Below, in pieces: positions 1-10,907 of a stretch of DNA of 58,909 nucleotides (positions are counted from its first letter, which is position 1; the number at the start of each line of letters is the position of its first letter). The stretch is from Nitrospiraceae bacterium (GTDB taxonomy: Bacteria > Nitrospirota > Thermodesulfovibrionia > Thermodesulfovibrionales > UBA1546), in assembly GCA_003599795.1 (NCBI GenBank), contig QZJQ01000007.1:1-58909 (forward strand), written 5' to 3'. Made by a program: the position numbers and the translations under genes. Under the pieces are notes generated by a model, which made no database searches, was not told the origin of the DNA, and saw only the letters and a list, made by a program, of their open reading frames with translations.

Positions 1-125
1 TCACTTTTTTTGATATAAACTTTTTACCGCTAAATTTATACACTTTTTACATTGTAATTGTCAAGAATATTTTTACAATTTAAAACATCGTGGTAAGTAT
101 GGAATAAGGATTGTTATAGTGGTCT

Positions 126-491
126 ATGCAGAAAAAGAGAATAAAGGCAAGCAGGGAAATTGGCGAAAAGATTAAAGGGCTGAGGAGAAAACTGAGAATT
201 TCACAGGAGGAACTGGCTGAAACATTAGGCGTTACTTATCAGCAGGTTCAAAGATACGAAAATGGCATGAATAAACTCAACGTGGAAAACATCCAGAGTG
301 TTGCAGATGCCTTAAATGTGCCTGTGTCTTATTTCTTTGAAGCTGAAAAGCCATCAATGGGGACAGAAAGGTCAGCGCCTTATTTACCACCTGATGAAAC
401 CAAGCTTTTAAGACATTTCAGAAAAATTAAAAACCGAGGTTCCAAAAATACAGTCATTCAGGTAGCCCGCCTTGCAGCAAAATCAAATTAA
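126..491 (+). CDS. XRE-family helix-turn-helix transcriptional regulator
   Basis: HTH_3 motif LRISQEELAETLGVTYQQVQRYENG. Confidence 0.85.
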   Translation: MQKKRIKASREIGEKIKGLRRKLRISQEELAETLGVTYQQVQRYENGMNKLNVENIQSVADALNVPVSYFFEAEKPSMGTERSAPYLPPDETKLLRHFRKIKNRGSKNTVIQVARLAAKSN

Positions 492-497
492 AAACCG

Positions 498-1214
498 CTA
501 TTCTTTAATGTAAAACTGCATCTTGATATTTGCCACGTCAACTATATCGCCGTCTTTAAGCTCATGGCGCCCTTCCACTGCATTTCCATTCACCTTAAGT
601 TTCTTGCCCTCAGACGGGCTGATAAAATAACCGCTCTTAGTCCTGTTAATGAGAGCGGCAACTTTCGGCGCAAAAAAACCTTTTAATTTTATTAGCGATG
701 TATCTGATTTTCCTATTGTCGTAAGCCGGCCCGCAAGCTCGTATTCCCTCTTGTCCGTATTTCCCTCAATTATTGTGAACCCGCCAAGCTTTTCTCCGAG
801 TCCTGCCTGGCCTGCTGCGCGCGCTTCTTCTATCATTGCCTTGTGCTTCTTGGGGTCAATTATTATGGTCTCGCCCATCGCAGGCTTTTTTATCTTTAGC
901 GTCTCTGTCTGGTCCTCCTCATGCTCCTGCGGCGAAATGAATATCAAAGAGTGCTTGCCTATTACAATATCATCATTGCTGCTCAGCGCGGATTCAGAAA
1001 TCCTTTTGCCGTTTACAAAAGTGCCGTTTGTGCTGTTCAGGTCTTGAATAAAAAATTTTCCCCCTCTGTTTATCAGCTTGGCATGAAAACCCGAGACAGC
1101 GAGGTTATCAATATGAATATCATTTCCCGGGTTCCTGCCGATTGTAACTGTATCCTTATCCAGAGGGATTTCTTTCAAGACTGCCTCTTTAAACTTCAGC
1201 ATAACCTTTGACAT
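498..1214 (-). CDS. Double FHA-domain protein
   Basis: N-terminal FHA (IGRNPGND..VSGFHA..DLNSTNGTFVNG) and a second, degenerate FHA at the C-terminus (TIGKSD..LKVNG..LKDGDIV). Confidence 0.85.
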   Translation of the reverse strand: MSKVMLKFKEAVLKEIPLDKDTVTIGRNPGNDIHIDNLAVSGFHAKLINRGGKFFIQDLNSTNGTFVNGKRISESALSSNDDIVIGKHSLIFISPQEHEEDQTETLKIKKPAMGETIIIDPKKHKAMIEEARAAGQAGLGEKLGGFTIIEGNTDKREYELAGRLTTIGKSDTSLIKLKGFFAPKVAALINRTKSGYFISPSEGKKLKVNGNAVEGRHELKDGDIVDVANIKMQFYIKE

Positions 1215-1228
1215 TATTGCCTCCTATG

Positions 1229-2026
1229 TCATCTGAAGAGATTTTTGAATTTCTTTAAAAAAGTTTTATCCTCAAACAAATACACAAGCGCTACGGTTAT
1301 ATTATCCTTGCCGCCGTTTTTATTGGCAATATCAATAAGCGAGCTGCAGGCGCTGCCTGGTTCATCAGAAGCGGCAACTATAGAAAGGATAACATTGTCA
1401 GGAACCATGGTTGTAAGCCCGTCACTGCAAAGGAGCACCCTGTCAGCGTCCATAAGGTCTATTTCATCAAGGTCCACTTCCACGGAAGGCATCGTGCCGA
1501 GAGCCCGCGTAATAATATTCCGTATCTCGGAACCCTCTGCCTCTTCTTTTGTAATCAGGCCGCTTTTAATCTGCTCGGACACTATTGAATGGTCATCAGT
1601 AAGCTGGACAATTGAATTTGCCCTGATAAGGTACACCCTGCTGTCGCCTGTGTGAGCTATGCTCATCTTGCCGTTGTCAAGCATAACCGCGGCTACTGTC
1701 GTTCCCATACCGCGCCATTTAACATTGCTTTGCGACGCCTCATATATCGCCAGGTTGGCAAGCCTTATGCCTGATGCAATCCTGTTTGACTCATCAGAAA
1801 ATTTTTTGTCATAATCGCCCACGAACGGCTCATTCCCTGCAGATGAGCGCTTAATATGATCCCTTATCATCTCAACTGCCATCCTGCTTGCGACCTCTCC
1901 TGCGGCAGCTCCGCCCATGCCGTCTGCAACAATAAAAAGGCGCAAATCTTCGTCAATACAAAAACTATCCTCGTTGTTCTGCCTTGAGACGCCTTTGTCT
2001 GATTTTGCCGCAGAAAGAAACTTCAT
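1229..2026 (-). CDS. PP2C-type Ser/Thr phosphatase (Stp1/PrpC family)
   Basis: RQNNEDS, VADGMGG, AHTGDSRVY, LCSDGL and GGKDNIT motifs. Confidence 0.9.
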   Translation of the reverse strand: MKFLSAAKSDKGVSRQNNEDSFCIDEDLRLFIVADGMGGAAAGEVASRMAVEMIRDHIKRSSAGNEPFVGDYDKKFSDESNRIASGIRLANLAIYEASQSNVKWRGMGTTVAAVMLDNGKMSIAHTGDSRVYLIRANSIVQLTDDHSIVSEQIKSGLITKEEAEGSEIRNIITRALGTMPSVEVDLDEIDLMDADRVLLCSDGLTTMVPDNVILSIVAASDEPGSACSSLIDIANKNGGKDNITVALVYLFEDKTFLKKFKNLFR

Positions 2027-2029
2027 CGC

Positions 2030-4516
2030 TTAACCTGCTCTTTTCATACATGAATTAACATCAGCAACCACTTCTTTACCGCTCTGGTACCTCTTTTCAA
2101 CATCCTTGGCAAGAAGTTTATCCGCTATATAAACGCAGCAGTCAGGCACATCCGGCAATAATTCTTTTGGAGAGGCATGAGGTGTATTGGCAATATTGAA
2201 CATAAGCGTTGCAATGCTGTCTCCCTTAAAGGGCTTCTCTCCTGTGAGAAGTTCAAAAAACACGACGCCAAGCGAAAACAAATCAGAGCGGCCGTCAACT
2301 TTCTTGCCCAGTACCTGTTCAGGAGACATATAGCTGGGAGTTCCAAGAATCACGCCTGTCTGCGTTTTAGATGTTGCTATAACTCTTGCTATGCCGAAGT
2401 CCGTTATCTTAACCTCCCCGCCTTTAAGAAGCATGATGTTGGAGGGTTTTATATCCCTGTGAACAATGCCCCTGCTGTGCGCATAGTCCAGCCCGCCGGC
2501 AACGGCGGCAATTATTCTTAAGGCCTCTTTAATGAGAAGCTTGCTCCCCGAAGAAGAAACAGCGCTCAGGTCTTTGCCTTCAAGAAGTTCCATTGCAACA
2601 TAAGCAACGTCATAATCCTCGCCTGCATCATAAATCGTCACGATATTAGGGTGAGAGAGTGTGCCCGCAGCCTCTGCCTCGCGGAAGAACCTTTTCTTGG
2701 TTTCATCAAGCTGCTCGGGATCAATTTCATCAAACCTCATTGTCTTAACCGCAACAAACCTGTTTATTTTTGGATCCTTACCTAAAAATACAGTGCCCAT
2801 GGCCCCGCGTCCGAGTTCTTTCTGAATCTCATACCTGCCGAGCGTAGGCCTTGTCTCAGCGCCTTCCATCAATATTGTGGCTTCTTTCTTAGCGCCTGTT
2901 GCGCCGAATATCATTGTGTCCCCTGCAGTCTTAAGCCTTTTTATCCTCTCTTTTACATCCTTGAAATTGCCTGCCTTTAATATATGCTCATGCACGGCAA
3001 CCGCCTTGTTAAACATCCTCTTGCGCTCGAAATCAAGCCCGAGATTATAGAGCAATTCCTTCACAGCCTCGTCTTCCACAGGGCATTTCCTGAATTTCTC
3101 AAAAGCAAGGTCCAGCATCCCCTGGCCTTGAAATGAAAGGCCGAGCATCTTATTTGTCTCTATGCTGTCAGTTTCAACAAGCTCTTTTCTCCTCTCTGTA
3201 ACCATGTACCTCTTGGACATTATCACAGTGTAACCCACAAAGAGCAGCAGCACCGGAGAAAGCATCATAATCCAGTAGCCGTTTGAAATAAAAAGATATG
3301 CCGCGGCTCCGCTCCATAACAACAGGAACACCAGAGAAATAATTGCGCTTATGCCTGCCTTAAGCCTTGGTATGATGAAAGAGATGAAAATTCCGAAAAA
3401 AGCCATTGCCCCAAGCTCTGCGTATAATGCCCATTCAGGCCTTGAAATAAAATTCCCGTTCAAAAGATTCTCTATCACATTCGCCTGTATTTCAATAGCC
3501 GGAAACGTATGCGCAACCGGAGTCACCTGCAATGTTGCATGCCCTGTCGCAGTATGCCCTATTAATACAATCTTGTCTTTGAATGCTTCAGGAGCAACCT
3601 TGCTGTTTATAACATCAACGAACGAATAATAAGGAAATGTATTAAATTTGCCGTTGTAATTTACAAACATCCTCCGCTGCCTGTCAGCGAGAATGTTGAT
3701 TTTGCCAATGCTCAGGCCCTTGGAAATGTTTATATCTGACATGCCATAGTTCAGATATTTCATTACTGCATGCAAGGCAAAAGACGGGAAAATGCGTCCC
3801 TTGTAATTTATAAATAAAGGCTCTCTCCTGATGGTCCCGTCCTCATCTGCAATAAGGTTCATGTGCCCAAGCGCCAAGGAGCCTGATAAAAATTCCTGAA
3901 TCGGCGCTTCCGTTTCCGAGGCATTGATATACGAACCGTATGCCGCTTCCTTTGAATTCCTCTTGAGATGTTCTCCAAGCTGCCCGGGATCAGGACTGCT
4001 CATCTGATTGCTGATTGTAAAGGAAAGCGGCAACACAACATTCTTTGCGGCGTTTATTGAGGCTGTCAGTTTCGTATCACTGTCAAGGCGCTGTTCTGCC
4101 TCGCCGAGCAGGTTGTAAATACCTGACAAATGCGCGTTGGTCTGGTATTTAGGAAGAGACTCAACCTCTTTCTTCAGCGCCCTAATCTCAAGAAGCCCTG
4201 AATTCATATCCGGCTCTGTATAGAGAATATTAACACCGATAATCTTTGCTCCATAGCCTGAAAGCAGCCCTATCATCTCGGCTATATATACACGGGGCCA
4301 GGGCCAGCGCCCGATGCCTGCAATGCTGACATCGTCTATCGTCACTATGACAACAGGGCTTGACGCCTTGCGCTGCTTGAGCTCTATCATTGAGTCGTAG
4401 GCCTTATATTCAAGCAGGCGCAGAGGATACCACTCAAAAAAATAGCCGCCCGAAATAAGCAGGGTGAGCAAAATGCCGATGAGCCAGTCAGGGAATATGG
4501 TCTTTTTTTGTTTCAT
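2030..4516 (-). CDS. CHASE2-domain membrane Ser/Thr protein kinase
   Basis: CHASE2 (GRWPWPR), 3 TM helices, TPR-like linker, Hanks kinase (LGRGAMG, HRDIKPSN, DFG, GTPSYMSPE); ATG 4516 preferred over the track start 4561. Confidence 0.88.
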   Translation of the reverse strand: MKQKKTIFPDWLIGILLTLLISGGYFFEWYPLRLLEYKAYDSMIELKQRKASSPVVIVTIDDVSIAGIGRWPWPRVYIAEMIGLLSGYGAKIIGVNILYTEPDMNSGLLEIRALKKEVESLPKYQTNAHLSGIYNLLGEAEQRLDSDTKLTASINAAKNVVLPLSFTISNQMSSPDPGQLGEHLKRNSKEAAYGSYINASETEAPIQEFLSGSLALGHMNLIADEDGTIRREPLFINYKGRIFPSFALHAVMKYLNYGMSDINISKGLSIGKINILADRQRRMFVNYNGKFNTFPYYSFVDVINSKVAPEAFKDKIVLIGHTATGHATLQVTPVAHTFPAIEIQANVIENLLNGNFISRPEWALYAELGAMAFFGIFISFIIPRLKAGISAIISLVFLLLWSGAAAYLFISNGYWIMMLSPVLLLFVGYTVIMSKRYMVTERRKELVETDSIETNKMLGLSFQGQGMLDLAFEKFRKCPVEDEAVKELLYNLGLDFERKRMFNKAVAVHEHILKAGNFKDVKERIKRLKTAGDTMIFGATGAKKEATILMEGAETRPTLGRYEIQKELGRGAMGTVFLGKDPKINRFVAVKTMRFDEIDPEQLDETKKRFFREAEAAGTLSHPNIVTIYDAGEDYDVAYVAMELLEGKDLSAVSSSGSKLLIKEALRIIAAVAGGLDYAHSRGIVHRDIKPSNIMLLKGGEVKITDFGIARVIATSKTQTGVILGTPSYMSPEQVLGKKVDGRSDLFSLGVVFFELLTGEKPFKGDSIATLMFNIANTPHASPKELLPDVPDCCVYIADKLLAKDVEKRYQSGKEVVADVNSCMKRAG

Positions 4517-4576
4517 AATTGTAGCTATGTAAATAGTATCAATTCCCTGATTCAATTGCAATACAGAATTATTTCT

Positions 4577-5827
4577 TTAACCCATTATTCCCTTGAAGTC
4601 ATTTTCGCTGACAGGCCCGAGCGCCGTAAGCGCAGTTGCGCTTTTGCTTAACAGCTTCTCCGCAAGCCCTTTAACCTGTGCGAGGCTTATGGAATTTATA
4701 TCTTTTATTATCTCCGAAGGCGAGTAATACCTGCCGTAATATATCTCCTGCCGGGCAATGTTCTGCATCCTGCTGCTCGTTGATTCAAGGCCGAGGATAA
4801 GATTGCCCTTAAGCTGAGCCTTGGCCCTTTCTACATCAACATCCGTAAGCATATCTGCCAGGCCCCTCATCTCTTTGAGGACAAGCTCTGTCACCTGAGA
4901 TACTTTCTTTTTTCCCGTCCCGGCGTAAACAGCCAATACCCCAGTATCGGCATAGGATGATATATACGAATAAACAGAATATACCAGCCCTCTTTTCTCC
5001 CTTATCTCCTGAAAAAGCCGTGAGCTTACGCCTCCGCCGAGAATTGTATTCAGAATGAACAATACGTACCTGTCTTTGCTTGCCTGAGGCATACCTTCAA
5101 CGCCGAGACACAGATGAACCTCGGAGAGTTCTTTGCCGTAAACTCTTATTTTACTGCCAAACTCCGGGCGGTCCGGAACGGTTTCAGGCTCTAACCCCTT
5201 TCTGAGAGAACTGAAATTATGATTCAGCGCATCAAGAAGCCTTTCTGTTTCAAAATTTCCAGCGCAGGCTATAACAATACCCTTTGTCCCGTAATGTTTT
5301 TTCGTGTGGCTGACAAGGTCTTCCCTTATAAATGACTTAATCGTCTCTCTTCTGCCGAGTATGGGCTGTCCTATGCCTTCACTGCCCCATATTGTCTGGT
5401 TGAAGAGGTCGTATATGTAGTCGTCAGGCGTATCCTCAACCATCTTTATCTCTTCTTTGATAATCCCCTTTTCTTTTTCTATATCTTCCTCAGGGAATGT
5501 GGAGTGAATGAATATATCAGACAGAAGCTCTATGCCTTTATCAAAATATTCATCAAGGACTTTGATATAAAACGTTGTGCTTTCCCGCGAGGTAAACGCA
5601 TTCAGGTCGCCTCCCATAGAGTCCGTGTCAACGGCGATGTCTTTTGCGGAGCGTTTCTGCGTACCTTTAAAAAACATGTGCTCAAGAAAATGCGATATGC
5701 CGTTCTTCTCAGGCGGCTCGTTCCGGGAACCGACCTTGACCCATACGCCGAGGGCCACAGAACGCACATCCTTTACCTGTTCCATAACTACCGGCATGCC
5801 GTTTTCAAGATAGGTTTTTTTGAACAT
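4577..5827 (-). CDS. M16 (pitrilysin-family) zinc peptidase
   Basis: HFLEH inverted zinc motif; usual position downstream of pnp. Confidence 0.9.
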   Translation of the reverse strand: MFKKTYLENGMPVVMEQVKDVRSVALGVWVKVGSRNEPPEKNGISHFLEHMFFKGTQKRSAKDIAVDTDSMGGDLNAFTSRESTTFYIKVLDEYFDKGIELLSDIFIHSTFPEEDIEKEKGIIKEEIKMVEDTPDDYIYDLFNQTIWGSEGIGQPILGRRETIKSFIREDLVSHTKKHYGTKGIVIACAGNFETERLLDALNHNFSSLRKGLEPETVPDRPEFGSKIRVYGKELSEVHLCLGVEGMPQASKDRYVLFILNTILGGGVSSRLFQEIREKRGLVYSVYSYISSYADTGVLAVYAGTGKKKVSQVTELVLKEMRGLADMLTDVDVERAKAQLKGNLILGLESTSSRMQNIARQEIYYGRYYSPSEIIKDINSISLAQVKGLAEKLLSKSATALTALGPVSENDFKGIMG

Positions 5828-5842
5828 GGTTGTGTACCTTTA

Positions 5843-6023
5843 TGCTGCTGCCGAACGTCTTTGAGCGGCATTGATATTTTTCGTTAACAGTTCTTGGCGA
5901 AATGAAGCGGCCACAGCCTCGACTGTCTGAGTTCCGAAAGTTTTCGGAACGAGTTTCGAGGATGTAGCGGAATAAGACTTAGAACTGTAGAAAAATATCA
6001 CAGAGAGCGAAAGACAGCACTGC
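5843..6023. repeat. Long imperfect hairpin (MITE/REP-like element)
   Basis: Nested inverted arms TGATATTTTTC/GAAAAATATCA, ACAGTTCT/AGAACTGT, CCTCGA/TCGAGG and GTTCCGAAA/TTTCGGAAC. Confidence 0.65.
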
Positions 6024-6059
6024 TTATCTATTACAAAATTTTTTGTAAACTTTGCAGCT

Positions 6060-8183
6060 TTAGTTTTTTGCGGCCTCTTTCTCCCGCATAGCCTCTTTCC
6101 TGCTTAGACGAATTTTGCCTGTCCGGTCCATCTCAATTACCTTAACAAGGACTTCTTCTCCCTCATTAAGCACATCCGTAACCTTTGCTATTCTCTTTTC
6201 ATCTATCTGGGATATATGAAGAAGGCCTTCGGTGCCAGGCATTATCTCTACAAACGCTCCAAAATCAACAATACGCTTCACCTTCCCAAGATAAATTCTG
6301 CCGACCTCTGCCTCGGCAATAATGCCGTTGATTATCTCTATTGCCTTCTGAGCCGCCATTTCATCAGCTGATGCAATATTTATCAATCCTGAATCATCAA
6401 TATCAATTTTAGCTCCGGTCTGCTCTATTATCCCTCTTATCACCTTTCCGCCCGTTCCGATGACATCCCGTATTTTTTCCTTTTTTATCTGCATGGTATA
6501 TATGCGAGGGGCGTGCTTTGCAATCTCTGTCCGCGGTTCGGCAATGGCTTCCTTCATCTTGGAAAGTATGTGGAGCCTGCCGCTTTTTGCCTGCTCAAGC
6601 GCTGTCTCCATTACTGAACGGCTTACGCCGCTTATTTTGCAGTCCATCTGGAAAGCGGTAATGCCCTTTTCAGAACCGGCAACCTTGAAATCCATGTCGC
6701 CAAGGTGGTCTTCCAGCCCGAGGATATCGGTAAGAACTACGGTTTTATCTCCTTCCTTGATAAGCCCCATTGCTATGCCTGCCACAGGCGAGGAAAGAGG
6801 CACTCCTGCATCCATCATGGACAGGGTTGCTCCGCATACTGTCGCCATGGAAGAGGAGCCGTTTGATTCAAGGATGTCTGAAACAATTCTTATGGTATAC
6901 GGAAACACTTCCTTTGAAGGGATTACATATTTTAATGCGCGCTCTGCAAGAGCCCCGTGCCCTATCTCTCTTCTGCCCGGTGAGCGGAGCGGCTTTACCT
7001 CTCCGACGCTGAACGGCGGAAAATTATAATGAAGCATGAAACTCTTATACATCTCTCCGTCAAGAGAGTCAATCTTCTGCTCGTCATCTGCTGTGCCGAG
7101 TGTCGTCACAGCAAGCGCCTGAGTCTCGCCTCGGATAAAGAGCGCCGAGCCGTGCACACGCGGAAGGAAACCAAGATTACAGGATATCTGCCTTATTTCG
7201 CTGGTTTTTCTGCCGTCAGACCTCACTCCCTTGCTGAGGATCATGTTCCTGACAATTTCTTTCTCGTAAGAATCGAAGGCATTTGCAATGTCTCTCGTTA
7301 AATCTTTGCCTGCATCTCCCGAAAGCCTCTCTGAGTTTTCAGGAGTGTTGAACTGCTTGATGGCATCTCCAAGAATTATGTCAAGGGCTTCCTGCCGCTG
7401 ATGTTTCCCCTGAATAGTGATTGCTTCATTAAGCCTTTCTGCAACAAAGGCTCTCACTTCTTTTTCAAGCGCAAGATTTTTTTCAACCGGACTGACCGGC
7501 CTTTTTGCTTTTCCTGCCTTGTCTCTGAGTTCGTTTTGCAGCGCCACAATGCGCTTAATCTCCGCATGGGCAAAATCAATGGCTTCGAGGAGCGATGATT
7601 CCGATACCTCTGCCCCCCCTCCTTCAACCATGATTATGGCATCTGCCGTTCCGGCCACAACGAGGTTAAGATCAAGCTTTTCAGTTTCGGCACTGTCCGG
7701 ATTGATTACCAATGCGCCGTTAATCATTCCCACTCTAACTGCCGCTACCGGCCCTTCAAAAGGAACATCGGATATATGCATGGCAGCAGACATTCCGATT
7801 ATGCCTAAAATGTCCGCAACATTTTCACTGCCGTATGACAGAACTGATGCGATTCCCTGAGTCTCATGATAAAATCCTTTCGGAAATAACGGCCTTAACG
7901 GGCGGTCTATGAGGCGTGATGTAAGAACTTCCTTTTCGCTCGGCCTGCCTTCCCGCTTAAAAAACCCGCCGGGGATTTTGCCTGCGGCATAGGTTCTTTC
8001 CTGATATTCAATCGTGAGGGGGAAAAAATCAAGTCCTTCCTTCTTTTTCTTGTCCGCAACTGCAGTTGCCAGTACTACGGTGTCTCCGAATCTTACTACA
8101 ACAGACCCGCCTGCCTGACGGGCCATTACGCCTGTTTCAATTATCAGCTTCTTTCCTCTAATCTCAATTTCAACTTTAGTCAT
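6060..8183 (-). CDS. pnp: Polyribonucleotide nucleotidyltransferase
   Basis: RNase PH domains (GRREIGHGALA, SNGSSSMA), KH and S1 domains. Confidence 0.97.
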   Translation of the reverse strand: MTKVEIEIRGKKLIIETGVMARQAGGSVVVRFGDTVVLATAVADKKKKEGLDFFPLTIEYQERTYAAGKIPGGFFKREGRPSEKEVLTSRLIDRPLRPLFPKGFYHETQGIASVLSYGSENVADILGIIGMSAAMHISDVPFEGPVAAVRVGMINGALVINPDSAETEKLDLNLVVAGTADAIIMVEGGGAEVSESSLLEAIDFAHAEIKRIVALQNELRDKAGKAKRPVSPVEKNLALEKEVRAFVAERLNEAITIQGKHQRQEALDIILGDAIKQFNTPENSERLSGDAGKDLTRDIANAFDSYEKEIVRNMILSKGVRSDGRKTSEIRQISCNLGFLPRVHGSALFIRGETQALAVTTLGTADDEQKIDSLDGEMYKSFMLHYNFPPFSVGEVKPLRSPGRREIGHGALAERALKYVIPSKEVFPYTIRIVSDILESNGSSSMATVCGATLSMMDAGVPLSSPVAGIAMGLIKEGDKTVVLTDILGLEDHLGDMDFKVAGSEKGITAFQMDCKISGVSRSVMETALEQAKSGRLHILSKMKEAIAEPRTEIAKHAPRIYTMQIKKEKIRDVIGTGGKVIRGIIEQTGAKIDIDDSGLINIASADEMAAQKAIEIINGIIAEAEVGRIYLGKVKRIVDFGAFVEIMPGTEGLLHISQIDEKRIAKVTDVLNEGEEVLVKVIEMDRTGKIRLSRKEAMREKEAAKN

Positions 8184-8197
8184 CTACCCTCTCTTTT

Positions 8198-8467
8198 CTA
8201 TTTTCTAAGCCCTAACCGCTCAATCACCTTTCCGTATCGTTCCTTGCTTGAGGTCTTCAGATAATCAAGCAGCTTTCTCCTCTGTCCGACAAGTTTAAGA
8301 AGTCCACGGCGTGAATGATGGTCGCTTTTGTGTGTTCTGAAATGTTCCGTAAGATAATTTATCCTCTCACTCAGAATAGCCAGCTGAACCTCCGGAGAGC
8401 CGGTATCCTTTTCGTGAACTTTGTACTGTTCCATAAGCGTCTGTTTCTTTTCCTTATTGAGAGGCAT
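8198..8467 (-). CDS. rpsO: 30S ribosomal protein S15
   Basis: DTGSPEVQ and DHHSRRGLL motifs; upstream of pnp. Confidence 0.97.
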   Translation of the reverse strand: MPLNKEKKQTLMEQYKVHEKDTGSPEVQLAILSERINYLTEHFRTHKSDHHSRRGLLKLVGQRRKLLDYLKTSSKERYGKVIERLGLRK

Positions 8468-8554
8468 TAAATCACCACCTTTCTGTTTTTAGGTAAGTAA
8501 CAGATTAACATATCGCCTTTATTTCTGTAAACCCCGATAGAAATTGAAAAACAC

Positions 8555-8583
8555 TTGACACATTATCTTTAAAATTTTATGCT
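8555..8583 (+). promoter_or_regulatory. sigma70-type promoter of argH
   Basis: TTGACA-17 bp-TATGCT ending 8 nt before the ATG. Confidence 0.55.
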
Positions 8584-8591
8584 TTCACATA

Positions 8592-9965
8592 ATGAAAAAA
8601 CCATGGGCCGGAAGGTTTACTGGAAAAACATCAAAGGCAGTTGAGCATTTTACTGAATCAATATCATTTGACCGGAGGCTGTGGAAATATGACATTGAGG
8701 GAAGCATTGCACATGCGATGATGCTCAGCAAGCAGAAAATCATATCTCAGAAAGACTCATCGGCAATAATCAGCGGGCTGAAGAATATCGCAGGAGAAAT
8801 TGAAGCAGGTAGATTCAAATTCACGGCTGAACTTGAAGATATTCACATGAACATTGAGGCGGCTCTTATCAAAAATATCGGGGACGCAGGCAAAAAACTC
8901 CATACAGCGCGTTCAAGAAACGATCAGGTTGCCCTTGACCTCAGGCTCTACCTCAGGGCTGAGACAAAGGAAATAATCTCTCTCATAAAAGACCTGCAAA
9001 AGATAATCCTTAATACGGCAGAAAAAAACACCGGAATCATCATGCCCGGTTATACGCATCTGCAAAAGGCGCAGCCGGTTCTCCTTTCGCATCATCTCCT
9101 TGCCTATGTTGAGATGCTTCAGCGGGATAAAGAGCGTTTTACTGACGCGCTCAAAAGAATAAATGTCCTTCCTCTCGGCTCTTGCGCTCTGGCAGGGACA
9201 TCATTGCCGGTTGACAGGGCTTATGCGGCAAAACTGCTTGGGTTTAAAGCAGTTTCCGAAAACAGCATTGATGCAGTCTCGGACAGGGACTTTGCAATAG
9301 AATTTTTAGCTGACGCCGGCATGCTGATTATGCATCTATCGCGTTTGGCTGAAGAACTCATCCTCTGGTCCACAGAGGAGTTCTCGTTTATTGAGCTGCC
9401 TGACGCCTTTACAACAGGCTCAAGCATAATGCCGCAAAAGAAAAACCCTGATGTAGCTGAATTGATAAGAGGCAAAAGCGGAAGAATATACGGAAATCTT
9501 ATAGCGCTCATGACAGTGATGAAAGGGCTGCCCCTTGCATACAACAGGGATATGCAGGAAGACAAGGCGCCTGTCTTTGACACCGCAGACACCGTCAAAG
9601 CATGCCTGACAGTTCTTGTACAGATGATGCCTCAGATAAAATTTATGCGGGAGAGAATGCATGAGGCTGCCGGCAAAGCATATTCCACGGCAACAGATAT
9701 AGCCGAATATCTCGTAAAAAAAGGCATTCCGTTCAGGCAGGCGCATGAGATAACAGGAAAGATTGTCCGTTACTGCATTAAGAACAAAAAACAGCTTGGA
9801 GAGATTTCTCTCGCTGAATTCAGGAATTTCTCTCAGGTTATCTCGAAAGACGTTTACTCACGCCTCAGCGCTGAAAATTCCGTTAATGCAAAGATAACAA
9901 GAGGCGGTACCTCTCCGTCTGAAGTGAGAAAGCAGATTAAGCGGCTGAAGCAGTTGATAAAATGA
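8592..9965 (+). CDS. argH: Argininosuccinate lyase
   Basis: HTARSRNDQ and [12 protein letters not shown] signatures. Confidence 0.96.
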   Translation: MKKPWAGRFTGKTSKAVEHFTESISFDRRLWKYDIEGSIAHAMMLSKQKIISQKDSSAIISGLKNIAGEIEAGRFKFTAELEDIHMNIEAALIKNIGDAGKKLHTARSRNDQVALDLRLYLRAETKEIISLIKDLQKIILNTAEKNTGIIMPGYTHLQKAQPVLLSHHLLAYVEMLQRDKERFTDALKRINVLPLGSCALAGTSLPVDRAYAAKLLGFKAVSENSIDAVSDRDFAIEFLADAGMLIMHLSRLAEELILWSTEEFSFIELPDAFTTGSSIMPQKKNPDVAELIRGKSGRIYGNLIALMTVMKGLPLAYNRDMQEDKAPVFDTADTVKACLTVLVQMMPQIKFMRERMHEAAGKAYSTATDIAEYLVKKGIPFRQAHEITGKIVRYCIKNKKQLGEISLAEFRNFSQVISKDVYSRLSAENSVNAKITRGGTSPSEVRKQIKRLKQLIK

Positions 9966-10897
9966 AAACATCCGGAATTCTTGCTGTTTACTGTTTACTG
10001 TTTACTGTTTGCCTCATGTTTGTTTCCTGCGGCAAAAAAACACCGCCTACACTCAAGGCGTATGAAAAACCGCTTGCTCCGGCAGCTCTTAAGGCAATAC
10101 ATAGAGAGGACAGGATTATCCTCTCATGGGCCTACTCTTCAAAAAAAGAAAATTTAAAAGAATTTCATATTCTCAGGGCAGAGGACAGCAGTTTTAAGAA
10201 AATAGGAGTTGTAAGCAAGGATGCATCTGCTTATACGGATATTAATTTTAAGACCGGCACCCCCTACAAATATAAAGTGGTTGCAGAAAGCCTGAAAAAA
10301 GTCCTCAGCGACGATTCAACTGTAATTGAAATAAAGCCTGCGGTTGTGCCTCCTGCTCCAAAGAATATATCCTTCAAGGCCGGCAATGACAGCCTGAACG
10401 TTTCATGGGACAGCTCAGGCGAAAATGTGCTTTATAACGTTTACAGAACCGCTGAGAAAGGAAAATACGGCATCAACCCCGTAAATAAAGAGCCCCTGAC
10501 AATGCCAAAATATTCCGACACGCTGGAAGCAAGCGCTCCTGTTTATTATGCAATCCGCAGTCTTTTGAATAAAGAATTCCGAAGTGAGGGACCGGCGTCA
10601 GCGGAAATAACAGTGGACCCTTCAACCTTTATCCCTTCAAAGCCCGAAGGATTTCAGACAGTTGTCGCAGACGACAGAGTCGTTATTTCATGGAAAGAAA
10701 ATCCTGAGATGTGGGTGACAAAATACAGGGTTTATGATAAGGTGAATGAAAAAGACGGATTTAAGCTTATAAAAGAATCCGTGACTCCTGCGTTTACTTT
10801 AAGGGAGAAAACAGGGACAAAGCATACTTTAAGGGTAACTGCAGTCGGTCCGTTAAAAGAAAGCGAACCTTCAGAGACAGTTACATTTGATTTTTAG
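9962..10897 (+). CDS. Fibronectin type III repeat lipoprotein
   Basis: Lipobox-like FVSCGKK followed by about three FN3-like repeats. Confidence 0.75.
   Translation: MKTSGILAVYCLLFTVCLMFVSCGKKTPPTLKAYEKPLAPAALKAIHREDRIILSWAYSSKKENLKEFHILRAEDSSFKKIGVVSKDASAYTDINFKTGTPYKYKVVAESLKKVLSDDSTVIEIKPAVVPPAPKNISFKAGNDSLNVSWDSSGENVLYNVYRTAEKGKYGINPVNKEPLTMPKYSDTLEASAPVYYAIRSLLNKEFRSEGPASAEITVDPSTFIPSKPEGFQTVVADDRVVISWKENPEMWVTKYRVYDKVNEKDGFKLIKESVTPAFTLREKTGTKHTLRVTAVGPLKESEPSETVTFDF
9984..10011. repeat. Heptamer tandem (CTGTTTA)x4 encoding the signal peptide
   Basis: ctgttta ctgttta ctgttta ctgtttg = [10 protein letters not shown]. Confidence 0.85.
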
Positions 10898-10907
10898 ATT
10901 ATGGGAA

